Notes under the pieces: generated by a model
What the model was told of the DNA's origin: nothing
Database searches by the model: none
What the model saw: the letters and a program-made list of their open reading frames with translations, nothing else
Translations under genes and position numbers: made by a program
From: Candidatus Micrarchaeota archaeon
GTDB taxonomy: Archaea > Micrarchaeota > Micrarchaeia > Burarchaeales > Fermentimicrarchaeaceae
Assembly (NCBI GenBank): GCA_013425335.1
Contig: JACCLG010000050.1
Location: forward strand, 17,532-81,531
DNA length: 64,000 bases
Reading direction: 5' to 3'
Part shown: positions 38,443 through 47,178 of the stretch, piece after piece
Position numbering within the stretch: position 1 is the first letter of the stretch
Layout: each line of letters starts with the position of its first letter

Positions 38443-38739
38443 ATGTTAATAAAAGTACCAAAGCAATTCAAAGTAAAAATTCTGAAAAATCCGCGTGAGA
38501 ATAAGCAAAAAAGAGAAGATGAACTTCAGATGGTAGAACCTTTAGGTGACGAAACAAAGAATCTTTTCGACAAATACGATGATTGGAACTTCATAATTAT
38601 AAAATGGAAAAAAGACTCGGAGGAAACGGACATTAGGTATGCAACTAACATCGTGGAAAATGTGCCTTTTCCAGAAGTCTTGGGTATACTAGAGAACTCA
38701 AAGGGCCCTGTGATGGAGATAATATTTGGCGGAGATTAA
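38443..38739 (+). CDS. Hypothetical protein
   Basis: GGAGGTG RBS; 98-aa ORF. Confidence 0.55.
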   Translation: MLIKVPKQFKVKILKNPRENKQKREDELQMVEPLGDETKNLFDKYDDWNFIIIKWKKDSEETDIRYATNIVENVPFPEVLGILENSKGPVMEIIFGGD

Positions 38740-38908
38740 ATACCTAGGAATAATCTTTTATATAGAAAATCCGAATAATGCTTCAGGAAAGTGTGTAGCC
38801 TGTGACTGAGGTTATCAGTGCGATAAGGTCAACAGCGTCCGAGGCAAAACGACTTTTACGACGTAAAATTGGATTAACTTAAGATTGTATTTTTTAATTA
38901 GTCATTAA

Positions 38909-39475
38909 TCATCCAAATTTAAAGCTTGTTATGACGCTCTCAAAGACTGGTTTATATCTATCATAATCAGTTGGGCGAGTTGAGCAGGTGATTGTATAAA
39001 GATGCTCATTTCCTATCAAACTTACTTGCTGGACTTTGTAGTCCTGTCCTCCTCTGTTATAAGTTATGACGAACTCATGCCCCGGCATTCCGTTTAATGT
39101 CCTGTTCTCAAAAGATACAATGGTAATGCTGTTGTTTTTATAGAGTTCTATACTAGAAGCTCCCATATTATTTAAAAACTCACTAAAAGTTTCGTAGACT
39201 GGCACTGGCTGCTCTTCCCGGAGTATGCTGCATTTTGAACTGAAACCGGCTTCTTGAGGGGAAGTGAAGGTAACTTTCGCACCTCCGCTCTCTTCAACCT
39301 GCCACCCATCTGGGTAGATAAGCGAAAAACCGTAGTCATCGGACCCCCAGCAGTTTGTTACCCCCCTCTTCTTGCATTGTTCAGATTGAGTTCCTTTAGG
39401 TTGCCCCCCAGAACATCCGTAAATCAATAAGGTGAATAGCAACATGGCAATAATCTTCTTTTTCACTTTTACCAC
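38909..39475 (-). CDS. PsbP/DcrB-like lipoprotein
   Basis: Lipobox-like LIYGC, YGFSLIYPDGW, LNGMPG, F..VI.SFKF. Confidence 0.75.
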   Translation of the reverse strand: MVKVKKKIIAMLLFTLLIYGCSGGQPKGTQSEQCKKRGVTNCWGSDDYGFSLIYPDGWQVEESGGAKVTFTSPQEAGFSSKCSILREEQPVPVYETFSEFLNNMGASSIELYKNNSITIVSFENRTLNGMPGHEFVITYNRGGQDYKVQQVSLIGNEHLYTITCSTRPTDYDRYKPVFESVITSFKFG

Positions 39476-39514
39476 CCATCAAATATCTACATTCGGGAGT
39501 ATATTAAGATTGCT

Positions 39515-39565
39515 TTGGTAGGTTGGGTGGTGGAATTACAAAGACGTAATCCCACGATCTACCAA
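39515..39565. terminator. Long imperfect hairpin downstream of the half-TBP gene
   Basis: TTGGTAGGT..GTGGAATTAC / GTAATCCCAC..ATCTACCAA. Confidence 0.45.
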
Positions 39566-39598
39566 CCCTTTAAATCAGGGCGGATAGATTTCGGAAAA

Positions 39599-39910
39599 CT
39601 ATCCCTTCTTCTTGGGGACTGGCAGAGGTTTTGCATAGGAAGCCAGTAGCTTTATCGCCCGCTCTAAGGCATACTTCACTTCTCTCTCATTCTTGCAGCC
39701 TGTACATATTACTTTACCGTTCTTGAAGAGCAGAAGAGATGCCTTTGGATCTTTGAGCTTGAGTATTGCACCTGGGAACTGCTCGGGCTCATACTCTATG
39801 TTCCTGACTTTCTTACCAAGAACATAAAGGTCAAGTTCCACTCCCAAATTGGCTGAAGCTACTATGTTCTCTATCTTGAATGATGGATCAATTGTAAGTT
39901 TCTTTGTCAA
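39599..39910 (-). CDS. tbp: Single-repeat (half) TATA-box-binding protein
   Basis: IENIVASANL, YEPEQFPG, LLFKNGKVICTGCK occur once; ~103 aa against ~180-190 for two-repeat TBP. Confidence 0.85.
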   Translation of the reverse strand: MTKKLTIDPSFKIENIVASANLGVELDLYVLGKKVRNIEYEPEQFPGAILKLKDPKASLLLFKNGKVICTGCKNEREVKYALERAIKLLASYAKPLPVPKKKG

Positions 39911-40015
39911 TGAAACACCTTCTCTGCCCCCTTCCAGCCCATTTCTACTCAAAACCACCTGTTAGATGCCTCCCACCATACTCTCACTCATCAAATAGTT
40001 CTGTTCTGTAGTATA

Positions 40016-41881
40016 TTAAGATTGCTTTGAATTTTCAGTAGGAAGCTCCGGATATTCCAGCAGCACTACCTTCGGGATATCCTCAAGCTTGGCGATGGCT
40101 TTCTTCTCCTCGGGAGCCAGCTTCACGTATTTCTCAAGCAGCTTCTTCCCCTCCTCTGCATTCCCTTCTGCCTCTATAGCAAGCAACTCCTTGGAAAGGG
40201 AGGCAACTCCCTCCTCGAATTTTTTCCTGTCAATCTTGTATGTCCCGTCAGCATTCCTCACAATGCCTCCATTCTCAACCAAGTAGTTGAACTCCAGGAT
40301 ATTTGCATCCACATGAGCGTCCGCCCCAAGCCCTGCCCTGAGGAAGACGAACTTATCCGAGAGGGCAGATGTATAGACAAGCTCCCTCTCCCTTTCCGTT
40401 ATGGCGCCTTTCTCGACAAGATACGGGACATGATACAGGCCGACTATGTCCGCCTTTGCTTCCTCTATTGCTGCATAAACGCCCCCCAAAGCCCTGCGCG
40501 TGTTCATCTCCGGCCCTGCAAGGGATTCCTTGAGCCCTCCCAGCGGGTGGCTTTCCTCATGGAGCAGGAATGCCAGGAAATTCCCGTAGATGAGGTCCTC
40601 CTTGCTCATGGATGAAATCGTGCTTTTGTCAATTAGTGCATCTATTATTGGAACAGACCTTGGCCGGCTTTTCTCAGCTACTGCATTGTAGAGCATTGTC
40701 GTCCTTGCCCCGTGTTCTTTTATCACCTCATCGTCATTCGGAAGGCTGAAGGCCACAGTGCTTATCGAGCCGTGTGCTTCTCCAGCATTGTATAAAGTAT
40801 CCGCAACCACTGTAGGAGCCATTTTCCTGTTTGGTTTCTTTGCCTCGTCAGTTACCGGCAAACGCTTCTCAAGCTCAGGCATCAGCGCATTTATGCCTTG
40901 CACCTTGCTTGTCTTCTCCTCATCTGTGTAATAGATTATTATCTCGGCATCCCTCCTTACCGCTACTCCCCCGTCAAGATATGTCTCAACATCCCCAACA
41001 ACTATGTTCAGCTTGGAGCGGACTTTCAGCCACGCAATGTCGCTCTCTCTGCAATTTTCCGTCATGACATCCTTGCTCCTCTTAAAGAGGTATTCCTTGA
41101 GTGTAGAGTCGTCGGTGAGCTGGCCTGCTTTGAACAGTGCATCCTTTATTATTCCTGTCTCTTCCTTGAAGTATTCCGCATAAGGTATGAATTCAACAGG
41201 TTTCCCCCCCTTGAAAACCACTATATTTGTGGGTGAGTTGAGCCCTTTCCTGACTCTTTCCCTCTCGCCTTCAGGAAATTCCATAATTAGTTTCTCCCTG
41301 AACTGCTTTCCCTCGTCACCTTTCTTGAAGAACTCGCGAGGAATGTCGGATAACCCTCCGCTGCCGATGTAAAGCCCGCCTTCAACAGGCCTCTGGTCAA
41401 AAATAGGAGTGAAAAGCTTCAAATCCATGCCAGACATGAACTTTCTCCAGAGTCTCTCTTTTGACTTGAGAGGCACCTTATTCTCAATCACTTCGAGTAT
41501 CTCTTTTCCCTTGAATTCCGGCACGAGTCTCTTGTCGCCGTTGGCTGCGTCAAAAATCGAGTGGTTCACCCTGGCGAGTTTTACATAAGAGGAGATTCTC
41601 TTAGCAAGCTCATCATCCGCGTACTTCTTTATCTCCTCAAGGAATGTTACAATTTCTGTTGTTCCCGGTGCTTTCTGCTTTGTGAATACGCTCTCAACAG
41701 GCCCGATTGCCTTCCACAGCTCGCGGACTGTTGCCATTTCAGACTTGCTGAGCCTGCTCCAGTCAAATGCGAGCTTCACGACTGCATACTCCTTCGGTAG
41801 CGCTATCTCTTCCTTCTCTCCCATCGGCTTGACGCGCGAAAACTCGTTTTCCCTCGGCACTTCTGCCTTGCCATACGCCAT
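40016..41881 (-). CDS. Dipeptidyl-peptidase III-like (M49) metallopeptidase
   Basis: VETYLD, AFSLPND, HEESH pentapeptide, EEAKAD. Confidence 0.8.
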   Translation of the reverse strand: MAYGKAEVPRENEFSRVKPMGEKEEIALPKEYAVVKLAFDWSRLSKSEMATVRELWKAIGPVESVFTKQKAPGTTEIVTFLEEIKKYADDELAKRISSYVKLARVNHSIFDAANGDKRLVPEFKGKEILEVIENKVPLKSKERLWRKFMSGMDLKLFTPIFDQRPVEGGLYIGSGGLSDIPREFFKKGDEGKQFREKLIMEFPEGERERVRKGLNSPTNIVVFKGGKPVEFIPYAEYFKEETGIIKDALFKAGQLTDDSTLKEYLFKRSKDVMTENCRESDIAWLKVRSKLNIVVGDVETYLDGGVAVRRDAEIIIYYTDEEKTSKVQGINALMPELEKRLPVTDEAKKPNRKMAPTVVADTLYNAGEAHGSISTVAFSLPNDDEVIKEHGARTTMLYNAVAEKSRPRSVPIIDALIDKSTISSMSKEDLIYGNFLAFLLHEESHPLGGLKESLAGPEMNTRRALGGVYAAIEEAKADIVGLYHVPYLVEKGAITERERELVYTSALSDKFVFLRAGLGADAHVDANILEFNYLVENGGIVRNADGTYKIDRKKFEEGVASLSKELLAIEAEGNAEEGKKLLEKYVKLAPEEKKAIAKLEDIPKVVLLEYPELPTENSKQS

Positions 41882-41973
41882 ATGAACACCCATAAAATTG
41901 CTCATTTCAGATTTATAAACCCTTAAGAAGCTATGAAGAATTGTAACCATGGTCACATACTATATCAACGCCT

Positions 41974-43326
41974 TCAACCCATCCTCTCAGGAAGCTTCGG
42001 TGCCTTCCCTGTCAGCTCGTCCATATCGGTTATGCCTGTTTTCAGCTTATCTGTATCTATCCTGAACATTCTTCTTTCCTTGGTGTTTATCGCGACCAAC
42101 TTTCCATCTATACCTATGCCCGGCATCCAATCCTTTTTGGCGCACTTCTCTTCAAATTTCCTCAACTTTTCTTCTCCATTTTTGATTCTTTCAGATATGC
42201 CCTTAACATTATCATCAGCCAGTTCGTTGCAGAGAGTAATATAATCCCTGAAACCTTCTGCTTTTCTTGCGTAGTTTGCCTCCTCCTTATAGTGCTCAAG
42301 CAGGCTCCTCGGCGGAGAGCTGAACTTTATGACAACTGACCTGCCCTCCCCTGTTTCCTCTTTCTCAACCGAGTTCAGTATTATTGTCTTGCCTGCGCCT
42401 GCAGAGCCTCCTCCATACGAGTGGTTTCTATCTTGTTTTAAAGCAGCTGCATTCTTATAATCCTCAAAAAAAACCTGCGGAGTTGGAGTGATTACGAAAA
42501 ATGATAACTCTAGAGCAGCATATGCCCGGATCACATTGTCATTGCTGCTTAGCGAATTAGCCGCCGCAGACTGGGCTCTTCCCTCTTTATATCTCAAATC
42601 AGCCCTACGGAGTTCTGGATCCAGGATAAATTTTGAGAACTCCAGATTCTCTTTTGTTTTTTCATCCAATGGGTTCTTCCATAACTCCTTATCATACAAA
42701 TGAACTAGGAACACCGTGGCATCAGTATAAAATTTAGTCTTTTGAACTTCGTATTCATGAGCTATCTCTTCCCGACTGGCACCAGTAAGTTCGGAATAAA
42801 ACTCAACAATCTTCGATGGATCTTTGAATAGAGGTAAAAGTATCCTGTCTACTTCTTTTATCTTCTTGCCGAATGGCTCTTCAATATGGCTAATTTCATG
42901 CGGTATTTGAGAGACGGCATGAAGAATATCTAACCCTTCTTCAAACAGGATAGTAGAACCTGCTGTTCCTAAATAACCAGTTTTTGCGATGGATATATCC
43001 AATCTCTTTTTAAAATTTTCCTCTGTGTAATTGGATAAAAACTTCAATGTATGTCCATCATCTACAACTTTTTCAGAAAGATTGTTTTTCTCTGCAAAAA
43101 CTCGGTTTAATCCCTCTCCTACCTCAACTACCCTTTTTAGTATATCCCTGTCTCCTCTTATAAATGAATCCAGGAGAGCTTGTGGATTCCTAGTTTTCTG
43201 GAGAACATCCTGAGCATCGATTAATCCCGGGAGTGTTTTATTTAAAATGTCGCAAGATTGATAAAAAAACTCTCTAACTCCTTCGCTTAATACTAGCTCG
43301 CTTCTTTTTGTGGCTGTTGCTGCCAT
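41974..43326 (-). CDS. Hypothetical protein with HExxH motif
   Basis: PHEISHIEE plus downstream EGRA; start moved to ATG 43326. Confidence 0.6.
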   Translation of the reverse strand: MAATATKRSELVLSEGVREFFYQSCDILNKTLPGLIDAQDVLQKTRNPQALLDSFIRGDRDILKRVVEVGEGLNRVFAEKNNLSEKVVDDGHTLKFLSNYTEENFKKRLDISIAKTGYLGTAGSTILFEEGLDILHAVSQIPHEISHIEEPFGKKIKEVDRILLPLFKDPSKIVEFYSELTGASREEIAHEYEVQKTKFYTDATVFLVHLYDKELWKNPLDEKTKENLEFSKFILDPELRRADLRYKEGRAQSAAANSLSSNDNVIRAYAALELSFFVITPTPQVFFEDYKNAAALKQDRNHSYGGGSAGAGKTIILNSVEKEETGEGRSVVIKFSSPPRSLLEHYKEEANYARKAEGFRDYITLCNELADDNVKGISERIKNGEEKLRKFEEKCAKKDWMPGIGIDGKLVAINTKERRMFRIDTDKLKTGITDMDELTGKAPKLPERMG

Positions 43327-43380
43327 GCCTAGAATTATGCCTTTCTTGTTATTTAAGCTTGCTTTGTCTAACAAAATGAA

Positions 43381-43869
43381 TTACACTAGACCTGGTTGCT
43401 TATTGAATTTTTCAATCTGGTCAATGCCTTCAGGAGTCAGTTTATAAATCCACTGAATTTTTTCCTTCCCCACAAACTGCATTGCCAAGTAACCTGCCTT
43501 GATTAACTGTGCTAACTGGCTCTTCAGCTCATCCTCAACAAGCGATGGGCGAATTATAGTTCCTGTTTCCTCCACTATCTCTTCAACGCGTATAATCCTG
43601 CTCTCAAAAGTGGTTACCTTGCTCGCAGGTTGTACAAGAGGCTGTTTTGATATCTCCTCTCTTACATCCTGGAGTAGATTCATTTCTATAATGTTCAGTG
43701 CCGGACTTTTACCAGACTTTTGTATATTATAGATAGTGTCAAGTATCTTCCTTGCCTCAGGAGTGAGAGACGTAGGGGGTTTCTCTACAACATCAATATT
43801 ACGAAGCACATCCCTCATCGCAGAGTTCTTTTCAGTGAAAACCACAAAATCACCAATTAATTTCTGCAT
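43381..43869 (-). CDS. Hypothetical protein with C-terminal winged-helix-like motif
   Basis: L..L...GYL...YKLTPEG. Confidence 0.55.
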   Translation of the reverse strand: MQKLIGDFVVFTEKNSAMRDVLRNIDVVEKPPTSLTPEARKILDTIYNIQKSGKSPALNIIEMNLLQDVREEISKQPLVQPASKVTTFESRIIRVEEIVEETGTIIRPSLVEDELKSQLAQLIKAGYLAMQFVGKEKIQWIYKLTPEGIDQIEKFNKQPGLV

Positions 43870-44730
43870 TTTTGAGTATAATAACCTTGCCCCGGATTAG
43901 GAATCGGATTTTTTGACGTCGCAGTCCATACCATTATATACGGCGGACCGCCATATAACTACGTAACTTCTTTTCTCTTTATTGAAATCTAGTTGCGGTT
44001 GGTGGAAACAATGGGACTATTCTACTCTCCTCGTCAGATGAGGATATTATTGGATATGGATAAAAATTCGAAGCGAGACGAGGTTGCTGAGGAAGAGCAG
44101 GACCAGTCAGAGTAGAGTTAAGCTTATTAAATATAAGGAATGGAAGAATCTACATTTTTGTCTTAACTTGCTTTGGCTTGAGAATCAGACTACGCATATT
44201 GCCTGTAATGCACTTTGCCCCCGTGCCTCTCCTGAGCCTTTCTCCTTCTCGTCTGTGTCCTGCACGTTGTCCTTCTCCTCTTTATCCTTGATTTCAACAA
44301 TACATCACCCTGCCCAATCTATTCTTCATCATAAATTCTGATCTGCTTCTTTTTGCCGTACCTTTCCATATACGCATGGTACTCCCTGTATATGCATTCT
44401 CTTCTTATCGAAGTCACTTAAATCACCATTGATATTTTTTTATTCCTATTCTTGTTTAATGGCAATATGCTAAACGAAATGACATTACTGCCATGCTCCA
44501 TCTTGCCTATCACTTTCACATAGAAATAGGAGAACTAACAATAATATGGAATCAGGAGTATATAAATCAATGTGTGCCGAACTTGCTTTGGTATACGCCC
44601 CTCAACTGCTTCTGCGAGCAGCGTCCGAGGGCAAGACATATTCTTCGATGGTGAATTGAACAATTTAAGCACTCTTGAGCGCTTACGAAAGTTCAGCAAA
44701 GATTAAATAACGTAGAAGTCAAAAAATAAG

Positions 44731-45876
44731 ATGACTGAGGCGAATAAGATGCTTAGCGCGGAAGAGATACTCGAATTAAAAAGAGAACATCACAGCTTAG
44801 AAAAAAGAATGGAAGAAATCGAAAAGAACCAACGTTCTACTATTGTGAAACTTTCGGAAAGGCTAAAAGAATTAATGGCGGACATAGGGTCAGTACGAGA
44901 GAAAGAAAAAAGCATGTGGAATCCAGACCTTAGCACACGGATAAAACTTTCCAAGAAAGGCATCAAACTCTCCAAGGAATTAAATTATTTTGTGATGGAT
45001 GCGGCGAGCGAGTTTGAAAAGGGCAACATCCCGGAAGATGCGGGAAAGAGGTTTATATCGCTTGCAAAGCTCATCAAAGGTAACAGGATGGATCTTGCAA
45101 AAAAGGAATTTGAGTATTTTGAAGAAATCATCGAATTAGGCAAAACATACGAAAAAAGCGAGGAGGAAATGAAAGAACAAGACAGAATACTCAAAAGAGA
45201 GCAGGCCAGGGTAGAAGCAATATTGGCAGAAATGTCTGAGCTGGAAAAAGGAACAGTTGATTTGGGAAAGGTCCTCAGCTACGAGAACCTATTGAAAAAT
45301 CTGGGAAAACTGGAAAAACTTAGAGAAACATATATCCATTCCCTCATTTCAGAACCAGTAGCAGAATTGCTTGAAGATATTGAAAAATATTCTCTGAAAG
45401 ATTATTGCCAAGCTCTTCCCGGAAAAGGGGAAATGGCGGAGTTAAAAGAGTTCTTTTCGGAATATCCTGCATTTGGAAAATGCAATGTCAATCAGCTTTG
45501 CGAGTTCTTCGAATACAGCGAAAAAAAGCTTTCACATATCTGTCCTGAAACTTCTAGATTCAGGAGATTAGTGGTGGGAAACAAAAATTTATTTGAAACA
45601 ATTCTTTCACTTGGGAAGACGACCTTCCTGGCAATGGATGATGCGAATGAAAAAGTTATGGACTTTTATGCCGAAAGGATCGAAGGTGCGCAAGAGATTG
45701 TTGAACAAATAGGACAGTTGAGAAAAGAAAAATATTCTTATAAAGAAGAATATGAAAAAAATAAAAAGATTGAAAAAACAAAGGAAGAGCTTTCAAAATA
45801 TTCAAAAAATGGATTGGAGGCAGAGTTGAGAGACATCGAACATCTTCTCGAACTTTTGCATTCCAATCGCCCCTGA
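44731..45876 (+). CDS. Hypothetical coiled-coil protein
   Basis: 381-aa E/K-rich ORF; AT-rich. Confidence 0.7.
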   Translation: MTEANKMLSAEEILELKREHHSLEKRMEEIEKNQRSTIVKLSERLKELMADIGSVREKEKSMWNPDLSTRIKLSKKGIKLSKELNYFVMDAASEFEKGNIPEDAGKRFISLAKLIKGNRMDLAKKEFEYFEEIIELGKTYEKSEEEMKEQDRILKREQARVEAILAEMSELEKGTVDLGKVLSYENLLKNLGKLEKLRETYIHSLISEPVAELLEDIEKYSLKDYCQALPGKGEMAELKEFFSEYPAFGKCNVNQLCEFFEYSEKKLSHICPETSRFRRLVVGNKNLFETILSLGKTTFLAMDDANEKVMDFYAERIEGAQEIVEQIGQLRKEKYSYKEEYEKNKKIEKTKEELSKYSKNGLEAELRDIEHLLELLHSNRP

Positions 45877-46017
45877 TTTTGCGAAGTAAATTGAACTAAT
45901 CTAAGCTTGCCACAAAACCGCCACTTAACTTCCGCGTTGTGGGTGTAATAACCTTATTCCGACACTTAACATTCTGCTTTAAATACTTGAAAAGGCATAA
46001 TTTAGAGTGGTGAACTT

Positions 46018-46788
46018 ACGGCAAACAAATGGCTGGTAACAGGCTTATTCGTCCTGCTCTCCGCTACGCTAGCCTCCTTCGCGTTTGTTGGGACAAGGCA
46101 GTTCCCGGTAAAAGGCATCGGTCTGGCGAAGTGCGAGGTTAACAACTCATATACGGTAAATGTGCCGTATTCTGCCACCGAGTATTACACGAAAACAGTG
46201 CCGTCCACCGTGTATGGCTCGGGAAAACAGCCCCAGAACATCCAAAAACCCAGCACAAGAACAGAATGCCTAACCGTTACCTCTACCGAAAAGGAATGCT
46301 CCCAGGAAGGGCTTGCTTATGTAATAACCGACAAAACATGCACGAGGACGGGCTGGATGCAGAACTGGTCCAATATTCAATGCACTGTGAAAAACGCAGA
46401 TTCCACTGCCGGCTACTTCAGCGTATACACAGGCTTCGGAACTGACATCAACAAGTATGTATTCATTGCAAGCGGGAGCTGGGCCGGTCTTACCGCGACA
46501 GCCGAGAGTCATACTGTTTACCTATACCCGAATGCTTCAAAGACATTTGATTTCCATATGGAGCTCCCAAGGGACGACACGCCGTTCATATGCTACTGCC
46601 ATGTGACTCCTGTAACGACAAAAGAAGTATGCCGGTATGTCAATAAAATCAGGCAGCAGTGCCATGAGGTGCTGATAGACCAAACCCTCAGCCGTCCTGC
46701 AGAGAATGCCGTGAATGAAACAAAAAGCAGGAATGTGATAAAATACCGCCAGGAGACCAGATACCGGGTTGCTGAAGAGACGTGCTGA
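46018..46788 (+). CDS. Secreted Cys-rich hypothetical protein with apparent ACG start
   Basis: Frame is open 5' of 46162 through a signal-like segment (KWLVTGLFVLLSATLASFAFVG) to an ACG placed after a GGTGA RBS. Confidence 0.6.
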   Translation, partial: TANKWLVTGLFVLLSATLASFAFVGTRQFPVKGIGLAKCEVNNSYTVNVPYSATEYYTKTVPSTVYGSGKQPQNIQKPSTRTECLTVTSTEKECSQEGLAYVITDKTCTRTGWMQNWSNIQCTVKNADSTAGYFSVYTGFGTDINKYVFIASGSWAGLTATAESHTVYLYPNASKTFDFHMELPRDDTPFICYCHVTPVTTKEVCRYVNKIRQQCHEVLIDQTLSRPAENAVNETKSRNVIKYRQETRYRVAEETC

Positions 46789-46850
46789 TTCTTACTTTTG
46801 CCTGAAAAGATTAATATAAATGGACATTCCATAACCTATCAGGTGAGGCT

Positions 46851-47156
46851 ATGGCTGAGAGAGAATGCCCAATGTGGCGGTTCTGCAGGACTCTGGGCAA
46901 CAAATGGGGCAACAGAATCTTTGAAAAGCTTGTGCAGACTGAAGAGATGGGCTTCAACGAGCTTCTCAGGGCTACCAAGGCCAACCCAAGAACCCTCTCT
47001 CTAAAGCTCAAGGCTCTGGAGGAAAACAGCCTGGTGAAGAAAAGGATTCTTGAGAAGGAGAGGCCGATAAGGGTGCTGTACTCGCTTACGGAAAAGGGCA
47101 GGCAGGCAAAACAGGTTCGGGATTACATATCCACTTGGGCGGATAAGTGGAAATAG
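46851..47156 (+). CDS. HxlR-family transcriptional regulator
   Basis: CP...LGNKW, FNEL, LS..LK.LE, V.YSLTEKG. Confidence 0.9.
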   Translation: MAERECPMWRFCRTLGNKWGNRIFEKLVQTEEMGFNELLRATKANPRTLSLKLKALEENSLVKKRILEKERPIRVLYSLTEKGRQAKQVRDYISTWADKWK

Positions 47157-47178
47157 GGGTGATTTCATTTTCAGCAAG

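Noticed and set aside
39911-40015. Frameshifted missing N-terminal half of TBP
   Set aside because: Too short and carries no TBP motifs in the frames read.
43885-43960. tRNA-like fragment on the minus strand with GGCGG-A-CCGCC palindrome
   Set aside because: Cannot be folded into a cloverleaf and lacks TTCRA.
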